Part shown: piece by piece, positions 30,101 to 41,311 of the stretch | How positions within the stretch are numbered: position 1 is the first letter of the stretch | Layout of the letters: each line of letters begins with the position of its first letter | Translations under genes and position numbers: made by a program | Notes under the pieces: model-generated | What the model was told of the DNA's origin: nothing | The model's input: the letters and a program-made list of their open reading frames with translations, nothing else | Databases searched by the model: none | Source of the DNA: a virus | IMG/VR virus record: IMGVR_UViG_3300044712_002690 | Location: 96,001 to 160,000 of that record | DNA: 64,000 nucleotides | Reading direction: 5' to 3' (one strand)

Positions 30101-31618
30101 CCATGTATAATTTGAACCACTAACATTTGAAATGTAGTAAACAGGTATTCTGGCACCTACTACAATAGCATCACCAGAAGCTAATCCTGTAACAGTAGAA
30201 ACAGTAAATGAAGTTCCAGTTCCTCCTGCACTAATTGTAGTTGTACCTCTAACAGTAGTTGTATTACCTTGCATTACTGTTATAGCTTGGCCTGTAACTA
30301 ACGTTCTACTTGTTGTAAATACTATAGTAGTTGTGTTTGTTCCAGTTGTAGCTAATGCAGTAAAGCCCAAAAATTGATTTACAGTTAGATTCCAATCTGT
30401 TGATGGTGTTGTTACTGTAGAAGATATTGATGCATCTGTATGTGCAATATTATTTAATATATCTTCGTCATAAAAAGCGCCACCAGAAATTTGAACTTGT
30501 GCTCTTCCAAAATTATTATCTGTGTTAGTTGAAAAAGCAGTTAATCCATTGTATTGACTAAAGAGTAAACCTGACTTATAGACAGCTCCTTGAGCATGAT
30601 TACGAGCATGGTTAAAAATATCTCTACCAGCTGTATGCCTTTCTTCTCCTACCCAGGTAAAAGTAAGTGCATTTGCATTAAAATATGCGTCCCATAGCAA
30701 CACATCAGGATCATAAATATTCCAAGCTTGTTGTGAAAGTGCTAAAACAGGAGAATCTGCATTTGTAGTTGATTGTGAAATATAAAAGAACCAAGTACCT
30801 TCCGCAGATGTTTCTGTCTTTGTGTATGCAGCTATATTTCCTGAAGTAACAGTAAACTTTTTACCATTGATGTAATAACTAAATGAAGTGTTTGCACCTA
30901 CAAATGAAATAGTAGCAGTAACATATCCAATAAGTGCTGGTTGTGAATAAGTAAATGCAACTTTAAATTTGCCTCTTTCGCTCCAGGGAATACCTGTAGC
31001 AAGTTTTGTATCTGAACCATATGTAACAAAATTTCTATTTAGATTTCCTATAGTAACATCAGCAAATGTAAGTTCTCCAGTACTAGTAAGATCCTGAGGT
31101 AAACTTACAGTCACATTGCTTCCGACTAAAACACCTGTACCACCAGAAACAATTAATCCTGTTGAACCAAGTAGATTTCCTTTAGAAAAACTAGGTTCAC
31201 GTGAAGTATCAGTAGGATGTATATGATCTGATCTAGGAACATTACTTGAGGCCCCAATAGAAGCGGAGCCATTCATTTTTATATTAGATACAGATGTTTC
31301 AAAGTTTTGATTAAATGCAGTACTTTTTGCACCACCAGTTATTGTATGTGTACCATTAAACTCTGCATACTGTCCAGATGTTCCTGAACCTGTAATTTGA
31401 TTAACTACAGCACCTGTTATCTCACTCCATTGTGTATTACCAGTTCCGATTTTTTGATATAAAGTAGGATTACCAATTCCAGGCACATAAATAAGTAATG
31501 ATCCTACAGGTGCTATAAAACCAGATCCAGAAGTTGGGTCTGTGTCTGTATAAAGTATTCCAACAGTTTCGTTGATACTAAATCCGTGTTTACTATCAAA
31601 TGCATTTGAATAGGACAT
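27104..31618 (-). CDS. Long tail fibre protein with ConA/LamG-like domain
   Basis: 1504 aa; C-terminal ~500 aa paralogous to 19824-22043. Confidence 0.75.
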   Translation of the reverse strand: MSYSNAFDSKHGFSINETVGILYTDTDPTSGSGFIAPVGSLLIYVPGIGNPTLYQKIGTGNTQWSEITGAVVNQITGSGTSGQYAEFNGTHTITGGAKSTAFNQNFETSVSNIKMNGSASIGASSNVPRSDHIHPTDTSREPSFSKGNLLGSTGLIVSGGTGVLVGSNVTVSLPQDLTSTGELTFADVTIGNLNRNFVTYGSDTKLATGIPWSERGKFKVAFTYSQPALIGYVTATISFVGANTSFSYYINGKKFTVTSGNIAAYTKTETSAEGTWFFYISQSTTNADSPVLALSQQAWNIYDPDVLLWDAYFNANALTFTWVGEERHTAGRDIFNHARNHAQGAVYKSGLLFSQYNGLTAFSTNTDNNFGRAQVQISGGAFYDEDILNNIAHTDASISSTVTTPSTDWNLTVNQFLGFTALATTGTNTTTIVFTTSRTLVTGQAITVMQGNTTTVRGTTTISAGGTGTSFTVSTVTGLASGDAIVVGARIPVYYISNVSGSNYTWRKLTTTDFVGVSGGAAITAATIATATYQFNNAIAGGFSAMTANRYFPIYLCATNTTSEPVIAILGQGQSTSATLTTTLGEAAFQFANLVGLAGLSIQEVVPFYRLTFHYNTTAGFNQNRMRLVDATFLNVRVATVSGSVLGSPTTTISASMVNTDTTNFNGFFTTSQTTVQSALDRVDDYLQIEITDGNLQMDGAGWAGSLNTVTRGDHRHPSDTTKATDTAVFHKAISSELNALTLKVTPENNDILLIEDSNDSYNKKKILVSNFFSSTGDADAFHKSVSSEIVNLTNKNKLVETDVLLIEDSEDSYSKKLIYGFTLGITSQGVRFPQWAASTEYVAYSLVRYGEQLYIAYSTHTSGSDFEIDLPTYWSPIAIPCAPIKRQTVIYGKNTSNVPSILSTAAYTYGSGLTITLDNDFVEGLGGSTPFGITFAGGNSYNGPVDFVRYFPNYYGVGSLTEYATPFIYCDTTDELRPDYGDGTFNFNLYPPVYDQSYIGYKGQSICATFEGTNGATSYTDLMGNTAVFSAANCTISTAQFKSGSSSIRVAGTNGYVQLPVPYNLPSKWTIHFWWRLDSASGTQSLINASADVSLGITFATNRLTYYLSSDASTWNIANALAGYDTTYSNATWYHSAIVFDGTCYRFFIDGVLDQIASSALQIFTHQYFRLGYSGAGSVPATGYIDNFQFEPYARWTTTFTPPTDLTAPTVHWFDTIKYKMYEGNPTAGWTQKYRTFMGECQTGRVSTDGVITSTGTIIDVITPARVVHNNFYFQIASVGYYKAAAVATLTATTVPSGKWGLFGWEIGVDGTVHSKDAAGNAAGYASEALALAAVPAPTASHILFTYLTVMKSDGNFVGNTTALNAANVTCHITTATILATTVNSVTTYAYNGRYESAETACPAANTTVSFSHNLGTRKYFPTGYIINVSSEYGYFPGDKSPLTMTDGTSAVNVPVPTQLRRNTFLFKGGVNTSFSIQRLDANSYGNVTASKWNVQFTAERAF

Positions 31619-31627
31619 ATAAATACC

Positions 31628-32759
31628 TTAAAATGCTGTTGTCAATCTTGTTAATGAGTAGTCAATAATAGCAGAGCCTGTTAGTCTTAATCTAATTGTT
31701 CCACCGCTTATATCTACTGTAATATTTAAAGAAGAGATAGCTGTACCTAATGTATTTGCAGCAAATACTGTATAATCTAATAATGAACCATCTGTAACTG
31801 CTATTACTTTTCTAGTAGAAATATTTGTAGGCGTGCTTGTTTGTCTGATTGTAACCATCCATTCAACACTATTAAGATCAGTAACTGCAATAGTATCTGC
31901 TGTATATCCTGAACTTATATTTTTATTAGTTTCTTTCTTTTTATAAATTGCTACAGCATCTAATTTACCAATTGCAGCCCTTAAATCATCACCATCACTA
32001 ATTACAATCGAACTAGAGTAATCAGGAAGTTCACTACCAAGTGAAGTTTTTCCCATAAATGTATTTTGATAAGCATCATCTGTTGGAATACTTGACCCAT
32101 CAGTAAATTTAGTCCAGGCAGTATCCCCAGTACCAGTTTTATGCCAAAGGTCACCATTTGATGTTTGTGCGTAGAGTGAACCTTTATTAGCTACAACACC
32201 CGTACTTGTAGTTGGATCAGTAGAGCCATATCTAACGATAACACTACCGTCGATACTTAATCCTAAGCCTACTCGAAATAATTCTAATGACATATTATAC
32301 CAAGAACCTTCTGAATCTAATTAGTAATGTTGCTGCTTCATTATTTGTAACAGAAAGTTTTAACAATGTTTTTTCTAAAACGTGTGTTTCATCATTGTAA
32401 ATATATTCTACAGATGCGGTTATATCATAATTTATTGTATCACCAACATACGCATAAGAAGAACCAGAAACTATTCCATTATTTTCCATAGCAATAAATT
32501 TCTGCATATTTTTTCTAGTATCAATAGTTCCTGTAATAAGCCATTCACAGAAATGTGTAACAGAAACATCAAGTGAACTGATAACAACAGTTACACCTGC
32601 ATTTATGCTAACAGAGACACCAGAGGATTCACTTCCTCCGGTACTTGTTCCAAAAACATAGTCTCTTATGCCTACAGCAACACCTGTAGCACAGTCATCC
32701 CATGTTTGTGCAGTGAACGCATATTGTAGTTGATCAATAAGTTCGTAGAAGTCGGACAT
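31628..32759 (-). CDS. Two virion structural proteins (31628-32293, 32295-32759)
   Basis: Co-oriented with the fibres; both share a WxxT/TRK-type beta module. Confidence 0.55.
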
Positions 32760-33077
32760 AGTTATCCTTTAAACAGTACTTGTGTGTACTTTATTCAATA
32801 ATAGAAATTGTCATAGAGATTTTAATGATTATGGATAAATAAAAGAGAAGATTTTTAATCAGTTCTCCATTTACGAATTTTTATCCAGCCAATACTTGTT
32901 TCCCAGTCAAAATGATAATGTAGATATCCTTCTTTTGATTCTAAACTCTTCTTCCAAAAAAATTGAGGTTTATTTATCATGATACAAATTTGACTGTGAT
33001 CTTCCTCATAATAAATTTCTCTGTAGATTGGCCAAATCCATAGAAACTGATAAGTTTTGCGTTCCATTAAACTCCCC

Positions 33078-33485
33078 TTATTTGTTAATGTATATAATTA
33101 TATCATTGTAATCATTTATATAATGAATATCAACATTATAAGAGCCATGGTCTCTTTTTTTATAACAATACGTATCTATTTTAACACATTCGGGATCAAT
33201 GTTCACAAAGTATTTAATAAATTGAATAGATGTAGATACACCGTTTCCAATATAAACCTCAAATATAGTTGTAGCTTTAAAACAAGGATATGACCAAGAA
33301 TGAGAAACGTCAAACATTCTTGTCTCTTTAGGAAATATAATTATATGATTATCTCTAGAGGAGGAACAGTTTGCAGGATCAGAAAAAGTGATAGGTATTT
33401 CATCTTCTGTTTGATTTATAAACGAAAGTGTATGATTAGAGCAGCTAGTAATAAATAAACATAAAAAAAGAACGAACCGTTTCAC
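33078..33485 (-). CDS. Putative lipoprotein
   Basis: MKRFVLFLCLFITSC signal. Confidence 0.5.
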   Translation of the reverse strand: MKRFVLFLCLFITSCSNHTLSFINQTEDEIPITFSDPANCSSSRDNHIIIFPKETRMFDVSHSWSYPCFKATTIFEVYIGNGVSTSIQFIKYFVNIDPECVKIDTYCYKKRDHGSYNVDIHYINDYNDIIIYINK

Positions 33486-34232
33486 CTAAACCTCAATAAT
33501 TTTCCACCAACAAGTAGAACCAGACATATTGAGCATTGTCCATTTTGTATTTAAATGTTGTCCTTTTTCTGTTGAATGGAAATGTCCAAAAAACCATTTA
33601 CTTGGTTTATATCGATGTAATAAGTAGGATAGAGCTTTTTGAGTGGGATCATCAAATTTATCGTCATCATATCTTTTCTTATTTAATTTAAATTCATCTG
33701 GACAAGTATGACTGACAATGATATCAGCTCTATCTACGTTAGCTAAAATATAATCTAAATCAGTATTGTTTAAGGTTTCTTGTCTCCACCAAGTAATAAA
33801 TTCTTGTCTTACAGCTTTGTCAATAGAGTCAGCCCCGCCTACAAATAATATTTTCTTTCCATTTACTTCAATAGAAGAACCAATAGGACAATGATAAATA
33901 TTTTGTTCAAGTAAAATAGGAGTCATACCTCTCCTACCTACTTGATCTATCATATCCCAATCCTCATGATTACCTGGAACAAGATAAACAGGGCTGGCAG
34001 ACTTAATTTTACCCATATAAGCTCTACCAGCCCAAAAGTACGCATTATCTCCTGCTTGGATAGTTATATCAGGTTTAGTTACATTAATTAATGCATTAAG
34101 TTGACCAAACTCTTGATGTATATCTCCAGCAATAAGGATTTTCATTTTAACAATACCATAAAAGCAGCAATTCCACAACATCCACAAACAAATCCAATAA
34201 AGAAAGCTATAATTACATTTTTCATAAACCAA
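33486..34232 (-). CDS. Calcineurin-like metallophosphoesterase
   Basis: GDIH, AGD, GNHE, SHTCP and FGHFH. The likely start is the internal MKILIAGD. Confidence 0.9.
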   Translation of the reverse strand: MVYEKCNYSFLYWICLWMLWNCCFYGIVKMKILIAGDIHQEFGQLNALINVTKPDITIQAGDNAYFWAGRAYMGKIKSASPVYLVPGNHEDWDMIDQVGRRGMTPILLEQNIYHCPIGSSIEVNGKKILFVGGADSIDKAVRQEFITWWRQETLNNTDLDYILANVDRADIIVSHTCPDEFKLNKKRYDDDKFDDPTQKALSYLLHRYKPSKWFFGHFHSTEKGQHLNTKWTMLNMSGSTCWWKIIEV

Positions 34233-35010
34233 ACCTACCTTTAAGAATAGTTATGCATAGCTCATTTATTTCATTTAGGTTCGGTTCATCTGGTAAACTT
34301 GATTTATTCTTTTCTATTTCAGCTAATTTAATTAATTTATCTGCTTCTGCTTGTATTTGTTCTAAAGACCATTCTCCTTTTTTAATACTAAGAAGTTCGT
34401 CAGCATCTATTCCTTTTCTATTTACATGAAACGTTTGATCTTTTAAAAACTCTATTCCCATGCGAAGAATACGTATTCCATGAGCACCATTTTTAGTATC
34501 GAAACCAAATTTATCTACAAGTGCTTTTCTCTTTTCACCCATATAGCCTTCGCACTTAAAATGGGTCATACGTTTTAATTGACCATATGCGTATCCAATG
34601 AACGAAGGATAAACTCTTTTTGAAACAAATAAATCTCTGTTATCAACAAGTATTTGTCCTTCTTTCGTTTTCTTAAGGAACATGTCTTCATCAAGCCAAA
34701 GCATAGATAGAACATTTGGATTATTTTTTATTAAAAGATCTACAAACTTTAAAAATTCGTATGTAACAATATCCCATTCGTTTGTAGGGGAGGGATTAAT
34801 TTCTTTAGTACCCTTAGAACCAAATTCATTTAATCCAAAATAATGATCAATACATGGAATAACAATAGCCATAGCATCTTTATCATCTATTGAATTTGGA
34901 TCTGTGTTAGGAATATACATTCCATGTGCAATAGATCCACGGTATCCAATAAGAATACTATCCTTCTCTAAATAAGGATGTTGGCTCAGAATAGTATTTG
35001 TTATACTCAT
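34222..35010 (-). CDS. Pol-beta superfamily nucleotidyltransferase (RlaP/YcgL-like)
   Basis: YRGSIAHG...SIDDKD, KNNPNVLSMLW, DTKNGAHGIRILRMG and LLSIKKGE. Confidence 0.8.
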   Translation of the reverse strand: MSITNTILSQHPYLEKDSILIGYRGSIAHGMYIPNTDPNSIDDKDAMAIVIPCIDHYFGLNEFGSKGTKEINPSPTNEWDIVTYEFLKFVDLLIKNNPNVLSMLWLDEDMFLKKTKEGQILVDNRDLFVSKRVYPSFIGYAYGQLKRMTHFKCEGYMGEKRKALVDKFGFDTKNGAHGIRILRMGIEFLKDQTFHVNRKGIDADELLSIKKGEWSLEQIQAEADKLIKLAEIEKNKSSLPDEPNLNEINELCITILKGRFGL

Positions 35011-36167
35011 TTTTTATCTTTTGTTTTTGTAGATTGAATATCTTTTACATCTTCATATTTTACTGCATTAGTAGTAGAATCATATTTAAAGTAATTAGGT
35101 ATACTTGTAGAAGTAACTGCAGTAGTCCATGATCTAACTGCATAAGCTAGTACTAACATATCTTTAGGATCGTACTGTGGTCTTACACCGTAATATATAA
35201 CTATAGGTTCTTCTTGTTTCCAAGGCTGTACAGCATATACTGTTATAGTATGATCATTAGGGCTAAAAGGAGAAGAACCTTTGTCTGGTTCAATATAAGG
35301 TATATACTTTGCAATGTATTTATTATTAGTATGATCTTTGCAACATTTAAATTGACAGAATCTATAATTTTGGAATTTGTTTTCCCAAATAAACCTGAGA
35401 CCCTTTTCTAGAATATTTCCTTGACTAACTTCTTTAATATCTCCTTGCCAAGATCTCATTGATAGACAAGGAACAATAGACCCATCACTTAATATACCAA
35501 GAGATCTAGTCCCAGCAGGACATGCATTAGCATTCATATTATCAGCAATAACAATTTTAATCCCCTGTTTAATAGCTTCATCTATTTTTTGAGCAAGGAA
35601 ATTAAATGCATCATTATTGTTATAGATTGCTCTAATATCTTTAGGGTCATTAAAAATTGTATATTGTATTTGCCATGACAAATTATGTTTGTTTACAAAT
35701 TGTTTAATCTTCTCAAAATCAAAAATATTGTTGATGTTAAAGTTAGTTATTGCTACAAGCTTCCCACTAAAAAATTTAAACTGCTCTATTTTCCATTCTT
35801 CCATAAGTTCAATATCTGATGGATGATTAATTGAGATACCTATATAATCATAATGATTAAGGATTCCAATTTCTGTTCCACTTTTAATTGATTTAGGATT
35901 AACAATAATTTTACAACACGTTCCCACTTTTTTTAATGTTGTAACAATATACTTATGCAGAGTAATAGAAAGCAGAAGGGGGTCGCCTCCGCTAATATCA
36001 ATTTCCTTTGGAGGGAATTCAGCAATTTGATCTGCAATTTGTTTAATCTTATGTTCATCTATTGGTTCATTCCAACCCTCTTTAGAACCACAATAGCTAC
36101 AATGATTCCTACAAGCACCTGTTACTTCCCAGATTACTTCTTGTAGTTGGATATATGGATATTGCAT
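35007..36167 (-). CDS. Radical SAM/SPASM-type enzyme with C-terminal Y-[AG]-V repeat tail
   Basis: CRNHCSYC, SGGDP and CPAG...GILSDGSIVPCLS. Confidence 0.9.
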   Translation of the reverse strand: MQYPYIQLQEVIWEVTGACRNHCSYCGSKEGWNEPIDEHKIKQIADQIAEFPPKEIDISGGDPLLLSITLHKYIVTTLKKVGTCCKIIVNPKSIKSGTEIGILNHYDYIGISINHPSDIELMEEWKIEQFKFFSGKLVAITNFNINNIFDFEKIKQFVNKHNLSWQIQYTIFNDPKDIRAIYNNNDAFNFLAQKIDEAIKQGIKIVIADNMNANACPAGTRSLGILSDGSIVPCLSMRSWQGDIKEVSQGNILEKGLRFIWENKFQNYRFCQFKCCKDHTNNKYIAKYIPYIEPDKGSSPFSPNDHTITVYAVQPWKQEEPIVIYYGVRPQYDPKDMLVLAYAVRSWTTAVTSTSIPNYFKYDSTTNAVKYEDVKDIQSTKTKDKK

Positions 36168-36169
36168 AC

Positions 36170-38418
36170 TTATTCCTCTTTATTTGTATCTTTAGTAACA
36201 TCATCAATAGATTTATCTAATGACTTTTTTATAACTTCTTTAAAACAGGTATCAGAACAATACCACCAACCAGCAAAGGTAAATTTTAAGTTTTCTTTTG
36301 ATCCACAATTTCTACACACTTTTTTACTCATCTTTAATCTCCTCAATCCATTCAAGCTCACCATTAGTAAATCTAGCTTTGAATTCTATTTCTGAATTAT
36401 AAAAAATTATATCGCCATGGTAATTAGTATCTTTTAAACCAAGAACAACTCTTTTAATACTTCCTGCTATTCTACATACAGGTCTTTCATTCCATTCAGG
36501 TTTACCGTAGTAATATCTTTCCTCTTCAGGAATAGATATAAATTTAGCATTCTCTATTAATAGTCTTCCTTCTTGTGTAATAATATAATGATCTACTGCA
36601 GGATCAAAAGACTTAGTTTGAAATTCTTTATCAGAATAATCAATTTCATTGATAGGAATTCTAACTTGTATTGTATCAAATAGGCCCATTAACTTTCCTC
36701 AAATACTTTAATCATAGAATTTATCTTTTTAAGAATAGCAGCAGTGTGTTTAATTTTTTCTGGTGAAGCAGTTCTAAGAAGTAATGATTTATACTTTCTT
36801 AATAGTTTTACATTATCCTTTGCTACTCTTTCCCAATCTAGATCTTTTTCTCTAAAACTTCCCATTACATATCACTCCCACAATAAGTACATTTATCAAT
36901 CTGACTAGGAGCACCACAATGATCACATTGTTTCTTTTTCTTTATATGTGTTTCAGTAGTATTAGTATATTTAAGAGCTTTTGCTAGTTTTTCTTGATTA
37001 GTTTCTCTACCATAATTAATCCATTCCCAATCAGAAACATAAATCATTCCAGAACTCGTTAACATATAATTAGCGCGTTTATACTCTCCAACTTCTACTT
37101 TTGGAAAAACCATTTCAGTAAGTTTAATAGGATCTATCTTTTTTTTCTTACTAAAGAAGGGAATGGATAAAGTCATTGTAGTTTTTCCTATTTAATTTTC
37201 TTTCTTGTAACTTTACCTGTACTATCAATAGAAACTCTAGTAATTTTAATTCCTTCTACTTCTTCGCCCTTAGCATGTTTAAGAGCTTGATTTAGTACTT
37301 CCATAACATCTTCATAGACATTAACTTTATCTTTGAGTTTCTTTTTAACTTCTTTCATCATCTTGCCTTCTTTCTTTTTCATATATTCCTCACTTTTGGT
37401 TCACCGTTTTCATCTAAAGGAATATGACCATCCTCTATAGCATATTGAATAATACTAGCAGTATATTTATTTTCAGTATTTACATAAATGTGTGCACTTT
37501 TGATATATCCAAAAGGTTCATCATTTTCGTCTCTAATACATAACTGATTAGAAGTAGCCATTTCAGGTTGTTCATGATTACAGGATTTTTTTCCACATTC
37601 AGGACAAATAGTAAAAATATGAACTAATTTTCCTTTTGTTGTTGTGCAGTACATATCTAATTTAGATATTGGTACTTGAATTGTACCAAATATTTCATCA
37701 GGTATACTACTATCAAAAGGACCTAGATTAAGAGAAAGAATATTTTTATCAGTAATAGTACAAGATTTATCTGAAACTATTTCCATTTCATTTTACCTTA
37801 ATCCCAAAGATATCCTCGAAGACCTATAAGTTTTTGAGCCATTTCTGTATCTACTTGTTCAATAGCATCTTCAAGTTTAAATAAACAATCTGTTTTATAA
37901 TCAACTTCTTTGTATGATGTAATATCAAGTCTACCATCTTCATCAAACTTCCAAGTCATTTTTATATTCTTAAAAGCACTTATCATATCATTTATACTGA
38001 CATTAGATTGTCTAACATCATTAAAACAATAAGTAAGAAGAGCATCAAAAATTTCTTTATTATATTTTCTATTTTCTAATACGTAATGAGCAATAGAAGT
38101 AATTTCCATATACTTTTGTATTGACTCATCGCATCCTTTTTTCCATTCTTGAATTTCTTTTTTAGTTGTAAATCCATAATCTTTGCATTTCTTTTTTTCT
38201 TCCTGTTGCCATTTAATTTGATTAGATGTTCGTTCAGGATCTATGCTCCATAGTATTTCAAATTGAGCAAAAAGGATATTAATTGATGAATCTGATATAT
38301 CAAAAGATATGTAATCCTTTTCAATCTTTTTCCATAGCCTATACCACCACAATGGTTTTCTAATATAATTGTAGATTATATCATCACAATAAGCTAAGAT
38401 CATTTTAAAAATATTCAT
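36170..38418 (-). CDS. Cluster of small hypothetical ORFs
   Basis: ORF track (36170-36364, 36324-36689, 36865-37176, 37188-37382, 37379-37786, 37798-38418). Confidence 0.5.
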
Positions 38419-38739
38419 TTACTGCTCTCCAATCATCTTCTTAATATTCTCTACAGATTGAACACCGATCATTCTATTAACTTCAATTCCTTCTTTAAGT
38501 AGAATAAGAGTTGGTACAGATGCAATTTTAAACTTAGTAGCTAGATCTGGTTCTTGATCTACATCAACCTTACCAAAGTAAATACCTTTAGTATCTTTTT
38601 CAAGTTGATCAAGAATAGAAGATAATTGACGACAAGGTCCACACCAAGGAGCCCAAAAATCTATAAGTACTGGTACATCATTAACAAGAACTTCTTCCTC
38701 AAAAGAGGAGGTGGTAAATACTTTCATATCTTTCTCCAT
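38419..38739 (-). CDS. trxA: Thioredoxin
   Basis: DFWAPWCGPC and VPTL. Confidence 0.95.
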   Translation of the reverse strand: MEKDMKVFTTSSFEEEVLVNDVPVLIDFWAPWCGPCRQLSSILDQLEKDTKGIYFGKVDVDQEPDLATKFKIASVPTLILLKEGIEVNRMIGVQSVENIKKMIGEQ

Positions 38740-38811
38740 TTAATAGTATAACTAAAAATAAAACAATACTCATAATAGCAATAGTTAAAAGAAGAAATTT
38801 TGTTTCACTCA

Positions 38812-41311
38812 TTATATCTTACCTTTTCTAAGAAGAGAAAGACATTTATGGGTAAGAGCTTCTCTTGTATAAATTTTTTCTTCTTTCAACTTTTCAATTT
38901 TTCTTGAATTCTTATCATTTATAAAAGATACCATTTCCCCTATTGCTCTAGAAAAAGCAATTTCCTTTCCTATTTTTTCATCAAATACATCACCTTCAGT
39001 TATATTACAATAGGATTTACCTTGAAAGTAATGAGGTTCACGAAGTACATCATAATCAACTACAATAGTACAAATTGTAACTGTGTTATTAAAACTTTGA
39101 AAGTATACTGTAAAGTCAGCACCAAGTATATTAATTGAAAATCCTTTCTTTTTTCTAGGTGGTGTTTTAATCAATTCTACTTCATCAATACTAACAACGA
39201 AAGTAGCACCAGACAAATCAGAAGTACAAACAACTGTTGGTTTTCCTTCTTCATATTGTTTAATTTGAAATACTTGACCTGTTTCTTTTAATTTGGCTTT
39301 CATTTTTCTGATCCTTACTTAAGAGATTTAAATTTAGCTATGATCGGATTGGCAAGAGCTTTACATGGTACAAATAGATCTATAAGAAAGTCTTTTTTAC
39401 TTTCATACTTATTATCCATTAGATTCCAAAATGCTTTCAATATACTCCAAAAGAATGCTACCCCAAATGTTACTATGATAGCAAAAGTAAATGTAAGGAA
39501 TATTGAAAACAACCCATCAGTAAATCTTTCAACCATTCTGTTTCTCCTCAAGTAATTTAATTAGATTATCTATTCTAGATAATGATCTTTCTAAATAGTG
39601 AATGCTAGATTCAGCAGAACTACAAACCTCATTAGATTCGTCATCCATAAAAGGACTAAGGTCGCGTATCATATTTGTAATAGACAAACTAACTGATTTA
39701 AGTTTACCTAAACTTAATTTGATACTCATTTTTTAGTTTCCTTTTTTATTTTCTTATGAGCGTAATCTGTTACTAATTGATCCACACTATTAACTAGTGC
39801 ATCTACTACTGCTTCTATATTAGGACAATGTGTTTTGTTAACAACAGGACCACATAAACTAGTTATATATGAATGTATAATATCTTTTTTAAACTTGTCT
39901 CTTCTGAAATGTGTATCGTTTGTCATGAAACTCAATTCCTCCTAATCTACGAATAGTCCTCTTTTTTGTCTAAGTGATTTAATGCAAAAAGAAACGCATA
40001 ATTGATCAGTATTAACAGTTTTCATTTCTTCCTCATTAAATTTTAATGTGTTTAAATTTTTTGTAAGTGATTCTTTACATTCTTCAAAGCAATCTTTCCA
40101 TTCACTAGTAGTAAAAGGTTTTTCATAGTTCTGTGCACAGCACAAAAAAGAAAAACAAACAATACTAGTAGTTATTATCCACCTCATACTGAACCTATTT
40201 ACAAGTAATATAGCTTATTTCATTGTTACAAGTTCTATGTATAACATATGTTCCTGTATACTTTTCGCAGTAGTATATAGTTTCTGCCCACTGCCGTGTT
40301 AATTTTTCACCATCACATGCTTGAGTCGATACACAAGTTGATTTAGCTGAGCACCCAATAATTAAAGTAGCTACTATACAAAGAAGATATTTCATTTAAT
40401 TTCTCCACTACTGATCTTTTTATTATAATAAAGAGATACAATTAAAGTAACTACGATTGTAACAGGAATAAAACTACAAGCAAAAGCAAAACCAATAACT
40501 AAACTTACAAGTAGTAAATTATTAAAAAAAGGTTCATTTGAAAAACATAATGCATGGCTACACATAAAGTCGGTATATGTAATAGCAAGAGTTAATAAAA
40601 CAATTAAAACAAGACCAACAAGAAAAGCAATTCCTTCTATTTTTAAGACTTTAATAGCTATCTTTTTTAACATTTAATTCACCTGATTTTTATCATATTC
40701 TCTAATTAATTCAATAGCACGAAATACACCTGTAGCTTTTTGCTTCATTCCTGCTATTGTTAATTTTTTATAGTCTTCTTGTAGAATACTAATTATTTCT
40801 TTTATTATATCACTGTTCATCTTTTTCCTTCCATTCGATTAAAATGTCATCACCTTTTTTATTTTTTACTTCAGTAAGTACAGGTTTTTTAAAAGCAGTC
40901 CCCATAAGTTTATATCCAAGTTTTAAATCCTTAACATTGTCCCCACCAAGTTCTTTGGGGTCAATAGTCCATCCTTCAACTTTACCTTTTTTATTGTAAT
41001 AAACTTCATGTATACCAAAAGTAATACAATCTTCTTTTGCAGAATCAGGAAATTGACTACTTAAATCTCGTCGAATAATTCTATAATCCCAATTCATTTC
41101 ATATCCTTAGTTATTCAATTTTATCTACAATATTAGAAACACATTCTAACATTCTTTCGATTACATCCTCAGAACATTCCATTTTTTTATTGTAAACTTT
41201 AATTAGTATTTCTCTTAGAGTAACTAAAGTGCTATACATCTCTGAACTATTATTGAATATTTTATATTCTACTGCTTCTTCTGGCAAATTAAATTCTATT
41301 GTAGCTCTCAT
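38812..41311 (-). CDS. Cluster of small hypothetical ORFs, some membrane or lipoprotein-like
   Basis: ORF track; abutting minus-strand ORFs with GGAG RBS. Confidence 0.5.

Noticed and set aside
19824-31618. Diversity-generating retroelement acting on the fibre tips
   Set aside because: No reverse transcriptase in the window, and I saw no adenine-specific template/variable repeat pair.
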